From the NCBI GenBank assembly GCA_964016885.1, contig OZ024743.1:307582001-307646000 (forward strand): a stretch of DNA of 64,000 bases, in the 5' to 3' direction. The notes under the pieces are model-generated. The model saw only the letters and a list, made by a program, of their open reading frames with translations, was not told the DNA's origin and made no database searches. Of this stretch, positions 36,161 to 48,279 are shown piece after piece (position 1 is the stretch's first letter; each line of letters opens with the position of its first letter). A program made the position numbers and the translations under genes. This DNA is from Eledone cirrhosa. Its lineage: Eukaryota.

Positions 36161-36850
36161 GGTGAGCATGCCTTGCTTCATGTGTAAAGTTTGTCTGTAA
36201 AGTTTTGAAAGATAGGTGAGCATGCCTTGATGGATGTGTAAAGTTTGTGTCTGTAAAGGTTTGAAAGATAGGTGAGCATGCCTTGATGGATGTGTAAAGT
36301 TTGTGTCTGTAAAGGTTTGAAAGATAGGAGGTGAGTATGCCCTGCTGGATGTGTAAAGTTTGTGTCTGTAAAGGTTTGAAAGATAGGTGAGCATGCCTTG
36401 ATGGATGTGTAAAGTTTGTGTCTGTAAAGGTTTGAAAGATAGGTGAGCATGCCTTGATGGATGTGTAAAGTTTGTGTCTGTAAAGGTTTGAAAGATAGGA
36501 GGTCAGCATGCCTTGCTGGATGTGTAAAGTTTGTGTCTGTAAAGGTTTGAAAGATAGGTGAGCAAGCCTTGATGGATGTGTAAAGTTTGTGTCTGTAAAG
36601 GTTTGAAAGATAGGAGGTGAGCATGCCCTGCTGGATGTGTAAAGTTTGTGTCTGTAAAGGTTTGAAAGATAGGAGGTGAGCATGCCCTGCTGGATGTGTA
36701 AAGTTTGTGTCTGTACAGGTTTGAAAGATAGGAGGTGAGCATGTCCTGCTGGATGTGTAAAGTTTGTGTCTGTAAAGGTTTGAAAGATAGGAGGTGAGCA
36801 TGTCCTGCTGGATGTGTAAAGTTTGTGTCTGTCAAGGTTTGAAAGATAGG
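35480..36850. repeat. Imperfect tandem duplication of ~685 bp (12 monomers)
   Basis: 35493/36178 and 35818/36503 (+685), 36144/36832 (+688); same order of TTCA(-2 bp), GAGTATG, TCAG, CAAG, TACA and GTCA markers. Confidence 0.8.
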
Positions 36851-37374
36851 AGGTGAGCATGCCTTGATGGATGTGTAATGTTTGTGTCTGTAAAGGTTTG
36901 AAAGATAGGAGGTGAGCATGCCTTGCTGGATGTGTAAAGTTTGTGTCTGTAAAGGTTTGAAAGATAGGAGGTGAGCATGCCTTGCTGGATGTGTAAAGTT
37001 TGTGTCTGTAAAGGTTTGAAAGATAGGATGTGAGCATGCCTTGCTGGATGTGTAAAGTTTGTGTCTGTAAAGGTTTGAAAGATAGGTGGTGAGCATGCCT
37101 TGCTGGATGTGTAAAGTTTGTGTCTGTAAAGGTTTGAAAGATATGAGGTGAGCATGCCCTGCTGGATGTGTAAAGTTTGTGTCTGTAAAGGTTTGAAAGA
37201 TATGAGGTGAGCATGCCCTGCTGGATGTGTAAAGTTTGTGTCTGTAAAGGTTTGAAAGATAGGTGAGCATGCCTTGATGGATGTGTAAAGTTTGTGTCTG
37301 TAAAGGTTTGAAAGATAGGAGGTGAGCATGCCCTGCTGGATGTGTAAAGTTTGTGTCTGTAAAGGTTTGAAAGA

Positions 37375-40300
37375 TAGGAGGTGAGCATGCCTTGCTAGAT
37401 GTGTAAAGTTTGTGTCTAAAGGTTTGAAAGATAGGAGGTGAACATGCCTTGCTGGATGTGTAAACTTTGTGTCTGTAAAGGTTTGAAAGATAGGAGGTGA
37501 GCATGCCCTGCTGGATGTGTAAAGTTTGTGTCTGTAAAGGTTTGAAAGATAGGAGGTGAGCATGCCCTGCTGGATGTGTAAAGTTTGTGTCTGTAAAGGT
37601 TTGAAAGATAGGAGGTGAGCATGCCCTGCTGGATGTGTAAAGTTTGTGTCTGTAAAGGTTTGAAAGATAGGAGGTGAGCATGCCCTGCTGGATGTGTAAA
37701 GTTTGTGTCTGTAAAGGTTTGAAAGATAGGAGGTGAGCATGCCCTGCTGGATGTGTAAAGTTTGTGTCTGTAAATGTTTGAAAGATAGGTGAGCATGCCT
37801 TGCTTCATGTGTAAAGTTTGTGTCTGTAAAGGTTTGAAAGGTAGGAGGTGAGCATGCACTGCTGGATGTGTAAAGTTTGTGTCTGTAAAGGTTTGAAAGA
37901 TAGGAGGTGAGCATGCCTTGCTAGATGTGTAAAGTTTGTGTCTGTAAAGGTTTGAAAGGTAGGAGGTGAGCATGCCTTGCTGGATGTGTAAAGTTTGTGT
38001 CTGTAAAGGTTTGAAAGGTAGGAGGTGAGCATGCCCTGCTGGATGTGTAAAGTTTGTGTCTGTAAAGGTTTGAAAGATAGGAGGTGAGCATGCCTTGCTG
38101 GATGTGTAACGTTTGTGTCTGTAAAGGTTTGAAAGATAGGAGGTGAGCATGCCTTGCTGGATGTGTAAAGTTTGTGTCTGTAAAGGTTTGAAAGATAGGA
38201 GGTGAGCATGCCCTGCTGGATGTGTAAAGTTTGTGTCTGTAAAGGTTTGAAAGATAGGAGGTGAGCATGCCCTGCTGGATGTGTAAAGTGTGTGTCTGTA
38301 AAGGTTTGAAAGATAGGAGGTGAGCATGCCTTGCTGGATGTGTAAAGTTTGTGTCTGTAAAGGTTTGAAAGATAGGTGAGCATGCCTTGCTTCATGTGTA
38401 AAGTTTGTCTGTAAAGGTTTGAAAGATAGGTGAGCATGCCTTGATGGATGTGTAAAGTTTGTGTCTGTAAAGGTTTGAAAGATAGGTGAGCATGCCTTGA
38501 TGGATGTGTAAAGTTTGTGTCTGTAAAGGTTTGAAAGATAGGAGGTGAGTATGCCCTGCTGGATGTGTAAAGTTTGTGTCTGTAAAGGTTTGAAAGATAG
38601 GTGAGCATGCCTTGATGGATGTGTAAAGTTTGTGTCTGTAAAGGTTTGAAAGATAGGTGAGCATGCCTTGATGGATGTGTAAAGTTTGTGTCTGTAAAGG
38701 TTTGAAAGATAGGAGGTCAGCATGCCTTGCTGGATGTGTAAAGTTTGTGTCTGTAAAGGTTTGAAAGAGAGGTGAGCAAGCCTTGATGGATGTGTAAAGT
38801 TTGTGTCTGTAAAGGTTTGAAGATAGGTGAGCATGCCCTGCTGGATGTGTAAAGTTTGTGTCTGTAAAGGTTTGAAAGATAGGTGAGCATGCCCTGCTGG
38901 ATGTGTAAAGTTTGTGTCTGTAAAGGTTTGAAAGATATGAGGTGAGCATGCCTTGATGGATGTGTAAAGTTTGTGTCTGTAAAGGTTTGAAAGATAGGAG
39001 GTGAGCATGCCCTGCTGGATGTGTAAAGTTTGTGTCTGTAAAGGTTTGAAAGATAGGTGAGCAAGCCTTGCTGGATGTGTAAAGTTTGTGTCTGTAAAGG
39101 TTTGAAAGATAGGTGAGCAAGCCTTGATGGATGTGTAAAGTTTGTGTCTGTAAAGGTATGAAAGATAGGAGGTGAGCATGCCCTGCTGGATGTGTAAACT
39201 TTGTGTCTGTAAAGGTTTGAAAGATAGGTGAGCATGCCTTGCTGGATGTGTAAAGTTTGTGTCTGTAAAGGTTTGAAAGATAGGAGGTGAGCATGCCCTG
39301 CTGGATGTGTAAAGTTTGTGTCTGTAAAGGTTTGAAAGATAGGAGGTGAGCATGCCTTGCTGGATGTGTAAAGTTTGTGTCTGTAAAGGTTTGAAAGATA
39401 GGTGAGCATGCCTTGCTGGATGTGTAAAGTTTGTGTCTGTAAAGGTTTGAAAGATAGGTGAGCATGCCTTGCTGGATGTGTAAAGTTTGTGTCTGTAAAG
39501 GTTTGAAAGATAGGAGGTGAGCATGCCCTGCTGGATGTGTAAAGTTTGTGTCTGTAAAGGTTTGAAAGATAGGAGGTGAGCATGCCCTGCTGGACGTGTA
39601 AAGTTTGTGTCTGTAAATGTTTGAAAGATAGGAGGTGAGCATGCCTTGCTTCATGTGTAAAGTTTGTGTCTGTAAAGGTTTGAAAGGTAGGAGGTGAGCA
39701 TGCCCTGCTGGATGTGTAAAGTTTGTGTCTGAAAAGGTTTGAAAGATAGGAGGTGAGCATGCCTTGCTAGATGTGTAAAGTTTGTGTCTGTAAAGGTTTG
39801 AAAGGTAGGAGGTGAGCATGCCCTGCTGGATGTGTAAAGTTTGTGTCTGTAAAGGTTTGAAAGGTAGGAGGTGAGCATGCCCTGCTGGATGTGTAAAGTT
39901 TGTGTCTGTAAAGGTTTGAAAGATAGGAGGTGAGCATGCCCTGCTGGATGTGTAAAGTTTGTGTCTGTAAAGGTTTGAAAGGTAGGAGGTGAGCATGCCC
40001 TGCTGGATGTGTAAAGTTTGTGTCTGTAAAGGTTAGAAAGATAGGAGGTGAGCATGCCTTGCTGGATGTGTAAAGTTTGTGTCTGTAAAGGTTTGAAAGA
40101 TAGGAGGTGAGCATGCCTTGCTGGATGTGTAAAGTTTGTGTCTGTAAAGGTTTGAAAGGTAGGAGGTGAGCATGCCCTGCTGGATGTGTAAAGTTTGTGT
40201 CTGTAAAGGTTTGAAAGGTAGGAGGTGAGCATGCCTTGCTAGATGTGTAAAGTTTGTGTCTAAAGGTTTGAAAGATAGGAGGTGAACATGCCTTGCTGGA

Positions 40301-43079
40301 TGTGTAAACTTTGTGTCTGTAAAGGTTTGAAAGATAGGAGGTGAGCATGCCCTGCTGGATGTGTAAAGTTTGTGTCTGTAAAGGTTTGAAAGATAGGAGG
40401 TGAGCATGCCCTGCTGGATGTGTAAAGTTTGTGTCTGTAAAGGTTTGAAAGATAGGAGGTGAGCATGCCCTGCTGGATGTGTAAAGTTTGTGTCTGTAAA
40501 GGTTTGAAAGATAGGAGGTGAGCATGCCCTGCTGGATGTGTAAAGTTTGTGTCTGTAAAGGTTTGAAAGATAGGAGGTGAGCATGCCCTGCTGGATGTGT
40601 AAAGTTTGTGTCTGTAAATGTTTGAAAGATAGGTGAGCATGCCTTGCTTCATGTGTAAAGTTTGTGTCTGTAAAGGTTTGAAAGGTAGGAGGTGAGCATG
40701 CACTGCTGGATGTGTAAAGTTTGTGTCTGTAAAGGTTTGAAAGATAGGAGGTGAGCATGCCTTGCTAGATGTGTAAAGTTTGTGTCTGTAAAGGTTTGAA
40801 AGGTAGGAGGTGAGCATGCCTTGCTGGATGTGTAAAGTTTGTGTCTGTAAAGGTTTGAAAGGTAGGAGGTGAGCATGCCCTGCTGGATGTGTAAAGTTTG
40901 TGTCTGTAAAGGTTTGAAAGATAGGAGGTGAGCATGCCTTGCTGGATGTGTAACGTTTGTGTCTGTAAAGGTTTGAAAGATAGGAGGTGAGCATGCCTTG
41001 CTGGATGTGTAAAGTTTGTGTCTGTAAAGGTTTGAAAGATAGGAGGTGAGCATGCCCTGCTGGATGTGTAAAGTTTGTGTCTGTAAAGGTTTGAAAGATA
41101 GGAGGTGAGCATGCCCTGCTGGATGTGTAAAGTGTGTGTCTGTAAAGGTTTGAAAGATAGGAGGTGAGCATGCCTTGCTGGATGTGTAAAGTTTGTGTCT
41201 GTAAAGGTTTGAAAGATAGGTGAGCATGCCTTGCTTCATGTGTAAAGTTTGTCTGTAAAGGTTTGAAAGATAGGTGAGCATGCCTTGATGGATGTGTAAA
41301 GTTTGTGTCTGTAAAGGTTTGAAAGATAGGTGAGCATGCCTTGATGGATGTGTAAAGTTTGTGTCTGTAAAGGTTTGAAAGATAGGAGGTGAGTATGCCC
41401 TGCTGGATGTGTAAAGTTTGTGTCTGTAAAGGTTTGAAAGATAGGTGAGCATGCCTTGATGGATGTGTAAAGTTTGTGTCTGTAAAGGTTTGAAAGATAG
41501 GTGAGCATGCCTTGATGGATGTGTAAAGTTTGTGTCTGTAAAGGTTTGAAAGATAGGAGGTCAGCATGCCTTGCTGGATGTGTAAAGTTTGTGTCTGTAA
41601 AGGTTTGAAAGAGAGGTGAGCAAGCCTTGATGGATGTGTAAAGTTTGTGTCTGTAAAGGTTTGAAGATAGGTGAGCATGCCCTGCTGGATGTGTAAAGTT
41701 TGTGTCTGTAAAGGTTTGAAAGATAGGTGAGCATGCCCTGCTGGATGTGTAAAGTTTGTGTCTGTAAAGGTTTGAAAGATATGAGGTGAGCATGCCTTGA
41801 TGGATGTGTAAAGTTTGTGTCTGTAAAGGTTTGAAAGATAGGAGGTGAGCATGCCCTGCTGGATGTGTAAAGTTTGTGTCTGTAAAGGTTTGAAAGATAG
41901 GTGAGCAAGCCTTGCTGGATGTGTAAAGTTTGTGTCTGTAAAGGTTTGAAAGATAGGTGAGCAAGCCTTGATGGATGTGTAAAGTTTGTGTCTGTAAAGG
42001 TATGAAAGATAGGAGGTGAGCATGCCCTGCTGGATGTGTAAACTTTGTGTCTGTAAAGGTTTGAAAGATAGGTGAGCATGCCTTGCTGGATGTGTAAAGT
42101 TTGTGTCTGTAAAGGTTTGAAAGATAGGAGGTGAGCATGCCCTGCTGGATGTGTAAAGTTTGTGTCTGTAAAGGTTTGAAAGATAGGAGGTGAGCATGCC
42201 TTGCTGGATGTGTAAAGTTTGTGTCTGTAAAGGTTTGAAAGATAGGTGAGCATGCCTTGCTGGATGTGTAAAGTTTGTGTCTGTAAAGGTTTGAAAGATA
42301 GGTGAGCATGCCTTGCTGGATGTGTAAAGTTTGTGTCTGTAAAGGTTTGAAAGATAGGAGGTGAGCATGCCCTGCTGGATGTGTAAAGTTTGTGTCTGTA
42401 AAGGTTTGAAAGATAGGAGGTGAGCATGCCCTGCTGGACGTGTAAAGTTTGTGTCTGTAAATGTTTGAAAGATAGGAGGTGAGCATGCCTTGCTTCATGT
42501 GTAAAGTTTGTGTCTGTAAAGGTTTGAAAGGTAGGAGGTGAGCATGCCCTGCTGGATGTGTAAAGTTTGTGTCTGAAAAGGTTTGAAAGATAGGAGGTGA
42601 GCATGCCTTGCTAGATGTGTAAAGTTTGTGTCTGTAAAGGTTTGAAAGGTAGGAGGTGAGCATGCCCTGCTGGATGTGTAAAGTTTGTGTCTGTAAAGGT
42701 TTGAAAGGTAGGAGGTGAGCATGCCCTGCTGGATGTGTAAAGTTTGTGTCTGTAAAGGTTTGAAAGATAGGAGGTGAGCATGCCCTGCTGGATGTGTAAA
42801 GTTTGTGTCTGTAAAGGTTTGAAAGGTAGGAGGTGAGCATGCCCTGCTGGATGTGTAAAGTTTGTGTCTGTAAAGGTTAGAAAGATAGGAGGTGAGCATG
42901 CCTTGCTGGATGTGTAAAGTTTGTGTCTGTAAAGGTTTGAAAGATAGGAGGTGAGCATGCCTTGCTGGATGTGTAAAGTTTGTGTCTGTAAAGGTTTGAA
43001 AGGTAGGAGGTGAGCATGCCCTGCTGGATGTGTAAAGTTTGTGTCTGTAAAGGTTTGAAAGGTAGGAGGTGAGCATGCC
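37375..43079. repeat. Near-perfect tandem duplication, 2 x 2844 bp (about 49 monomers)
   Basis: +2844 for 37416/40260, 37805/40649, 38392/41236, 38717/41561, 39651/42495 and 40033/42877. The markers GTGTCTAAAGG (2-bp deletion), CATGCACTG and AAAGAGAGG were seen only in these two copies. The 702-aa spurious translations are identical. Confidence 0.94.
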
Positions 43080-46000
43080 CTGCTGGATGTGTAAAGTTTG
43101 TGTCTGTAAAGGTTTGAAAGATAGGAGGTGAGCATGCCCTGCTGGATGTGTAAAGTTTGTGTCTGTAAAGGTTTGAAAGGTAGGAGGTGAGCATGCCCTG
43201 CTGGATGTGTAAAGTTTGTGTCTGTAAAGGTTTGAAAGATAGGAGGTGAGCATGCCTTGCTGGATGTGTAAAGTTTGTGTCTGTAAAGGTTTGAAAGATA
43301 GGAGGTGAGCATGCCTTGCTGGATGTGTAAAGTTTGTGTCTGTAAAGGTTTGAAAGATAGGAGGTGAGCATGCCCTGCTGGATGTGTAAAGTTTGTGTCT
43401 GTAAAGGTTTGAAAGATAGGAGGTGAGCATGCCCTGCTGGATGTGTAAAGTGTGTGTCTGTAAAGGTTTGAAAGATAGGAGGTGAGCATGCCTTGCTGGA
43501 TGTGTAAAGTTTGTGTCTGTAAAGGTTTGAAAGATAGGAGGTGAGCATGCCCTGCTGGATGTGTAAAGTTTGTGTCTGTAAAGGTTTGAAAGATAGGAGG
43601 TGAGCATGCCCTACTGGATGTGTAAAGTTTGTGTCTGTACAGGTTTGAAAGATAGGAGGTGAGCATGTCCTGCTGGATGTGTAAAGTTTGTGTCTGTAAA
43701 GGTTTGAAAGATAGGAGGTGAGCATGTCCTGCTGGATGTGTAAAGTTTGTGTTGGTAAAGGTTTGAAAGATAGGAGGTGAGCATGCCTTGCTGGATGTGT
43801 AAAGTTTGTGTCTGTCAAGGTTTGAAAGATAGGAGGTGAGCATGCCTTGATGGATGTGTAATGTTTGTGTCTGTAAAGGTTTGAAAGATAGGAGGTGAGC
43901 ATGCCTTGCTGGATGTGTAAAGTTTGTGTCTGTAAAGGTTTGAAAGATAGGAGGTGAGCATGCCTTGCTGGATGTGTAAAGTTTGTGTCTGTAAAGGTTT
44001 GAAAGATAGGATGTGAGCATGCCTTGCTGGATGTGTAAAGTTTGTGTCTGTAAAGGTTTGAAAGATAGGAGGTCAGCATGCCTTGCTGGATGTGTAAAGT
44101 TTGTGTCTGTAAAGGTTTGAAAGATAGGTGAGCAAGCCTTGATGGATGTGCAAAGTTTGTGTCTGTAAAGGTTTGAAAGATATGAGGTGAGCATGCCTTG
44201 ATGGATGTGTAAAGTTTGTGTCTGTAAAGGTTTGAAAGATAGGAGGTGAGCATGCCCTGCTGGATGTGTAAAGTTTGTGTCTGTAAAGGTTTGAAAGATA
44301 GGTGAGCAAGCCTTGCTGGATGTGTAAAGTTTGTGTCTGTAAAGGTTTGAAAGATAGGTGAGCAAGCCTTGATGGATGTGTAAAGTTTGTGTCTGTAAAG
44401 GTATGAAAGATAGGAGGTGAGCATGCCCTGCTGGATGTGTAAACTTTGTGTCTGTAAAGGTTTGAAAGATAGGTGAGCATGCCTTGCTGGATGTGTAAAG
44501 TTTGTGTCTGTAAAGGTTTGAAAGATAGGAGGTGAGCATGCCCTGCTGGATGTGTAAAGTTTGTGTCTGTAAAGGTTTGAAAGATAGGAGGTGAGCATGC
44601 CTTGCTGGATGTGTAAAGTTTGTGTCTGTAAAGGTTTGAAAGATAGGTGAGCATGCCTTGCTGGATGTGTAAAGTTTGTGTCTGTAAAGGTTTGAAAGAT
44701 AGGTGAGCATGCCTTGCTGGATGTGTAAAGTTTGTGTCTGTAAAGGTTTGAAAGATAGGAGGTGAGCATGCCCTGCTGGATGTGTAAAGTTTGTGTCTGT
44801 AAAGGTTTGAAAGATAGGAGGTGAGCATGCCCTGCTGGACGTGTAAAGTTTGTGTCTGTAAATGTTTGAAAGATAGGAGGTGAGCATGCCTTGCTTCATG
44901 TGTAAAGTTTGTGTCTGTAAAGGTTTGAAAGGTAGGAGGTGAGCATGCCCTGCTGGATGTGTAAAGTTTGTGTCTGAAAAGGTTTGAAAGATAGGAGGTG
45001 AGCATGCCTTGCTAGATGTGTAAAGTTTGTGTCTGTAAAGGTTTGAAAGGTAGGAGGTGAGCATGCCCTGCTGGATGTGTAAAGTTTGTGTCTGTAAAGG
45101 TTTGAAAGGTAGGAGGTGAGCATGCCCTGCTGGATGTGTAAAGTTTGTGTCTGTAAAGGTTTGAAAGATAGGAGGTGAGCATGCCCTGCTGGATGTGTAA
45201 AGTTTGTGTCTGTAAAGGTTAGAAAGATAGGAGGTGAGCATGCCTTGCTGGATGTGTAATGTTTGTGTCTGTAAAGGTTTGAAAGGTAGGAGGTGAGCAT
45301 GCCCTGCTGGATGTGTAAAGTTTGTGTCTGTAAAGGTTAGAAAGATAGGAGGTGAGCATGCCTTGCTGGATGTGTAAAGTTTGTGTCTGTAAAGGTTTGA
45401 AAGATAGGAGGTGAGCATGCCTTGCTGGATGTGTAAAGTTTGTGTCTGTAAAGGTTTGAAAGGTAGGAGGTGAGCATGCCCTGCTGGATGTGTAAAGTTT
45501 GTGTCTGTAAAGGTTTGAAAGGTAGGAGGTGAGCATGCCCTGCTGGATGTGTAAAGTTTGTGTCTGTAAAGGTTTGAAAGATAGGAGGTGAGCATGCCCT
45601 GCTGGATGTGTAAAGTTTGTGTCTGTAAAGGTTTGAAAGGTAGGAGGTGAGCATGCCCTGCTGGATGTGTAAAGTTTGTGTCTGTAAAGGTTTGAAAGAT
45701 AGGTGGTGAGCATGCCTTGCTGGATGTGTAAAGTTTGTGTCTGTAAAGGTTTGAAAGATAGGAGGTGAGCATGCCTTGCTGGATGTGTAAAGTTTGTGTC
45801 TGTAAAGGTTTGAAATATAGGAGGTGAGCATGCCCTGCTGGATGTGTAAAGTTTGTGTCTGTAAAGGTTTGAAAGATAGGAGGTGAGCATGCCCTGCTGG
45901 ATGTGTAAAGTGTGTGTCTGTAAAGGTTTGAAAGATAGGAGGTGAGCATGCCTTGCTGGATGTGTAAAGTTTGTGTCTGTAAAGGTTTGAAAGATAGGAG

Positions 46001-48279
46001 GTGAGCATGCCATGCTGGATGTGTAAAGTTTGTGTCTGTAAAGGTTTGAAAGATAGGTGAGCATGCCTTGCTGGATGTGTAAAGTTTGTGTCTGTAAAGG
46101 TTTGAAAGATAGGTGAGCATGCTCTGCTGGATGTGTAAAGTTTGTGTCTGTAAAGGTTTGAAAGATAGGAGGTGAGCATGCCCTGCTGGATGTGTAAAGT
46201 TTGTGTCTGTAAAGGTTTGAAAGATAGGAGGTGAGCATGCCCTACTGGATGTGTAAAGTTTGTGTCTGTACAGGTTTGAAAGATAGGAGGTGAGCATGTC
46301 CTGCTGGATGTGTAAAGTTTGTGTCTGTAAAGGTTTGAAAGATAGGAGGTGAGCATGTCCTGCTGGATGTGTAAAGTTTGTGTTGGTAAAGGTTTGAAAG
46401 ATAGGAGGTGAGCATGCCTTGCTGGATGTGTAAAGTTTGTGTCTGTCAAGGTTTGAAAGATAGGAGGTGAGCATGCCTTGATGGATGTGTAATGTTTGTG
46501 TCTGTAAAGGTTTGAAAGATAGGAGGTGAGCATGCCTTGCTGGATGTGTAAAGTTTGTGTCTGTAAAGGTTTGAAAGATAGGAGGTGAGCATGCCTTGCT
46601 GGATGTGTAAAGTTTGTGTCTGTAAAGGTTTGAAAGGTAGGAGGTGAGCATGCCTTGCTGGATGTGTAAAGTTTGTGTCTGTAAATGTTTGAAAGATAAG
46701 TGAGCATGCCTTGCTTCATGTGTAAAGTTTGTGTCTGTAAAGGTTTGAAAGATAGGATGTGAGCATGCATTGATGGATGTGTAAAGTTTGTGACTGTAAA
46801 TGTTTGAAAGATAGGTGAGCATGCCTTGCTTCATGTGTAAAGTTTGTGTCTGTAAAGGTTTGAAAGGTAGGAGGTGAGCATGCCTTGCTGGATGTGTAAA
46901 GTTTGTGTCTGTAAAGGTTTGAAAGATATGAGGTGAGCATGCCCTGCTGGATGTGTAAAGTTTGTGTCTGTAAAGGTTTGAAAGATATGAGGTGAGCATG
47001 CCCTGCTGGATGTGTAAAGTTTGTGTCTGTAAAGGTTTGAAAGATAGGTGAGCATGCCTTGCTTCATGTGTAAAGTTTGTGTCTGTAAAGGTTTGAAAGA
47101 TAGGAGGTGAGCATGCCCTGCTGGATGTGTAAAGTTTGTGTCTGTAAAGGTTTGAAAGATAGGAGGTGAGCATGCCTTGCTAGATGTGTAAAGTTTGTGT
47201 CTGTAAAGGTTTGAAAGATAGGAGGTGAACATGCCTTGCTGGATGTGTAAACTTTGTGTCTGTAAAGGTTTGAAAGATAGGAGGTGAGCATGCCCTGCTG
47301 GATGTGTAAAGTTTGTGTCTGTAAAGGTTTGAAAGATAGGAGGTGAGCATGCCCTGCTGGATGTGTAAAGTTTGTGTCTGTAAATGTTTGAAAGATAGGT
47401 GAGCATGCCTTGTTTCATGTGTAAAGTTTGTGTCTGTAAAGGTTTGAAAGGTAGGAGGTGAGCATGCCCTGCTGGATGTGTAAAGTTTGTGTCTGAAAAG
47501 GTTTGAAAGATAGGAGGTGAGCATGCCTTGCTAGATGTGTAAAGTTTGTGTCTGTAAAGGTTTGAAAGGTAGCAGGTGAGCATGCCCTGCTGGATGTGTA
47601 AAGTTTGTGTCTGTAAAGGTTTGAAAGGTAGGAGGTGAGCATGCCCTGCTGGATGTGTAAAGTTTGTGTCTGTAAAGGTTTGAAAGATAGGAGGTGAGCA
47701 TGCCTTGCTGGATGTGTAAAGTTTGTGTCTGTAAAGGTTTGAAAGATAGGAGGTGAGCATGCCCTGCTGGATGTGTAAAGTTTGTGTCTGTAAAGGTTTG
47801 AAAGATAGGAGGTGAGCATGCCCTGCTGGATGTGTAAAGTGTGTGTCTGTAAAGGTTTGAAAGATAGGAGGTGAGCATGCCTTGCTGGATGTGTAAAGTT
47901 TGTGTCTGTAAAGGTTTGAAAGATAGGAGGTGAGCATGCCTTGCTTCATGTGTAAAGTTTGTCTGTAAAGTTTTGAAAGATAGGTGAGCATGCCTTGATG
48001 GATGTGTAAAGTTTGTGTCTGTAAAGGTTTGAAAGATAGGTGAGCATGCCTTGATGGATGTGTAAAGTTTGTGTCTGTAAAGGTTTGAAAGATAGGAGGT
48101 GAGTATGCCCTGCTGGATGTGTAAAGTTTGTGTCTGTAAAGGTTTGAAAGATAGGTGAGCATGCCTTGATGGATGTGTAAAGTTTGTGTCTGTAAAGGTT
48201 TGAAAGATAGGTGAGCATGCCTTGATGGATGTGTAAAGTTTGTGTCTGTAAAGGTTTGAAAGATAGGAGGTCAGCATGC

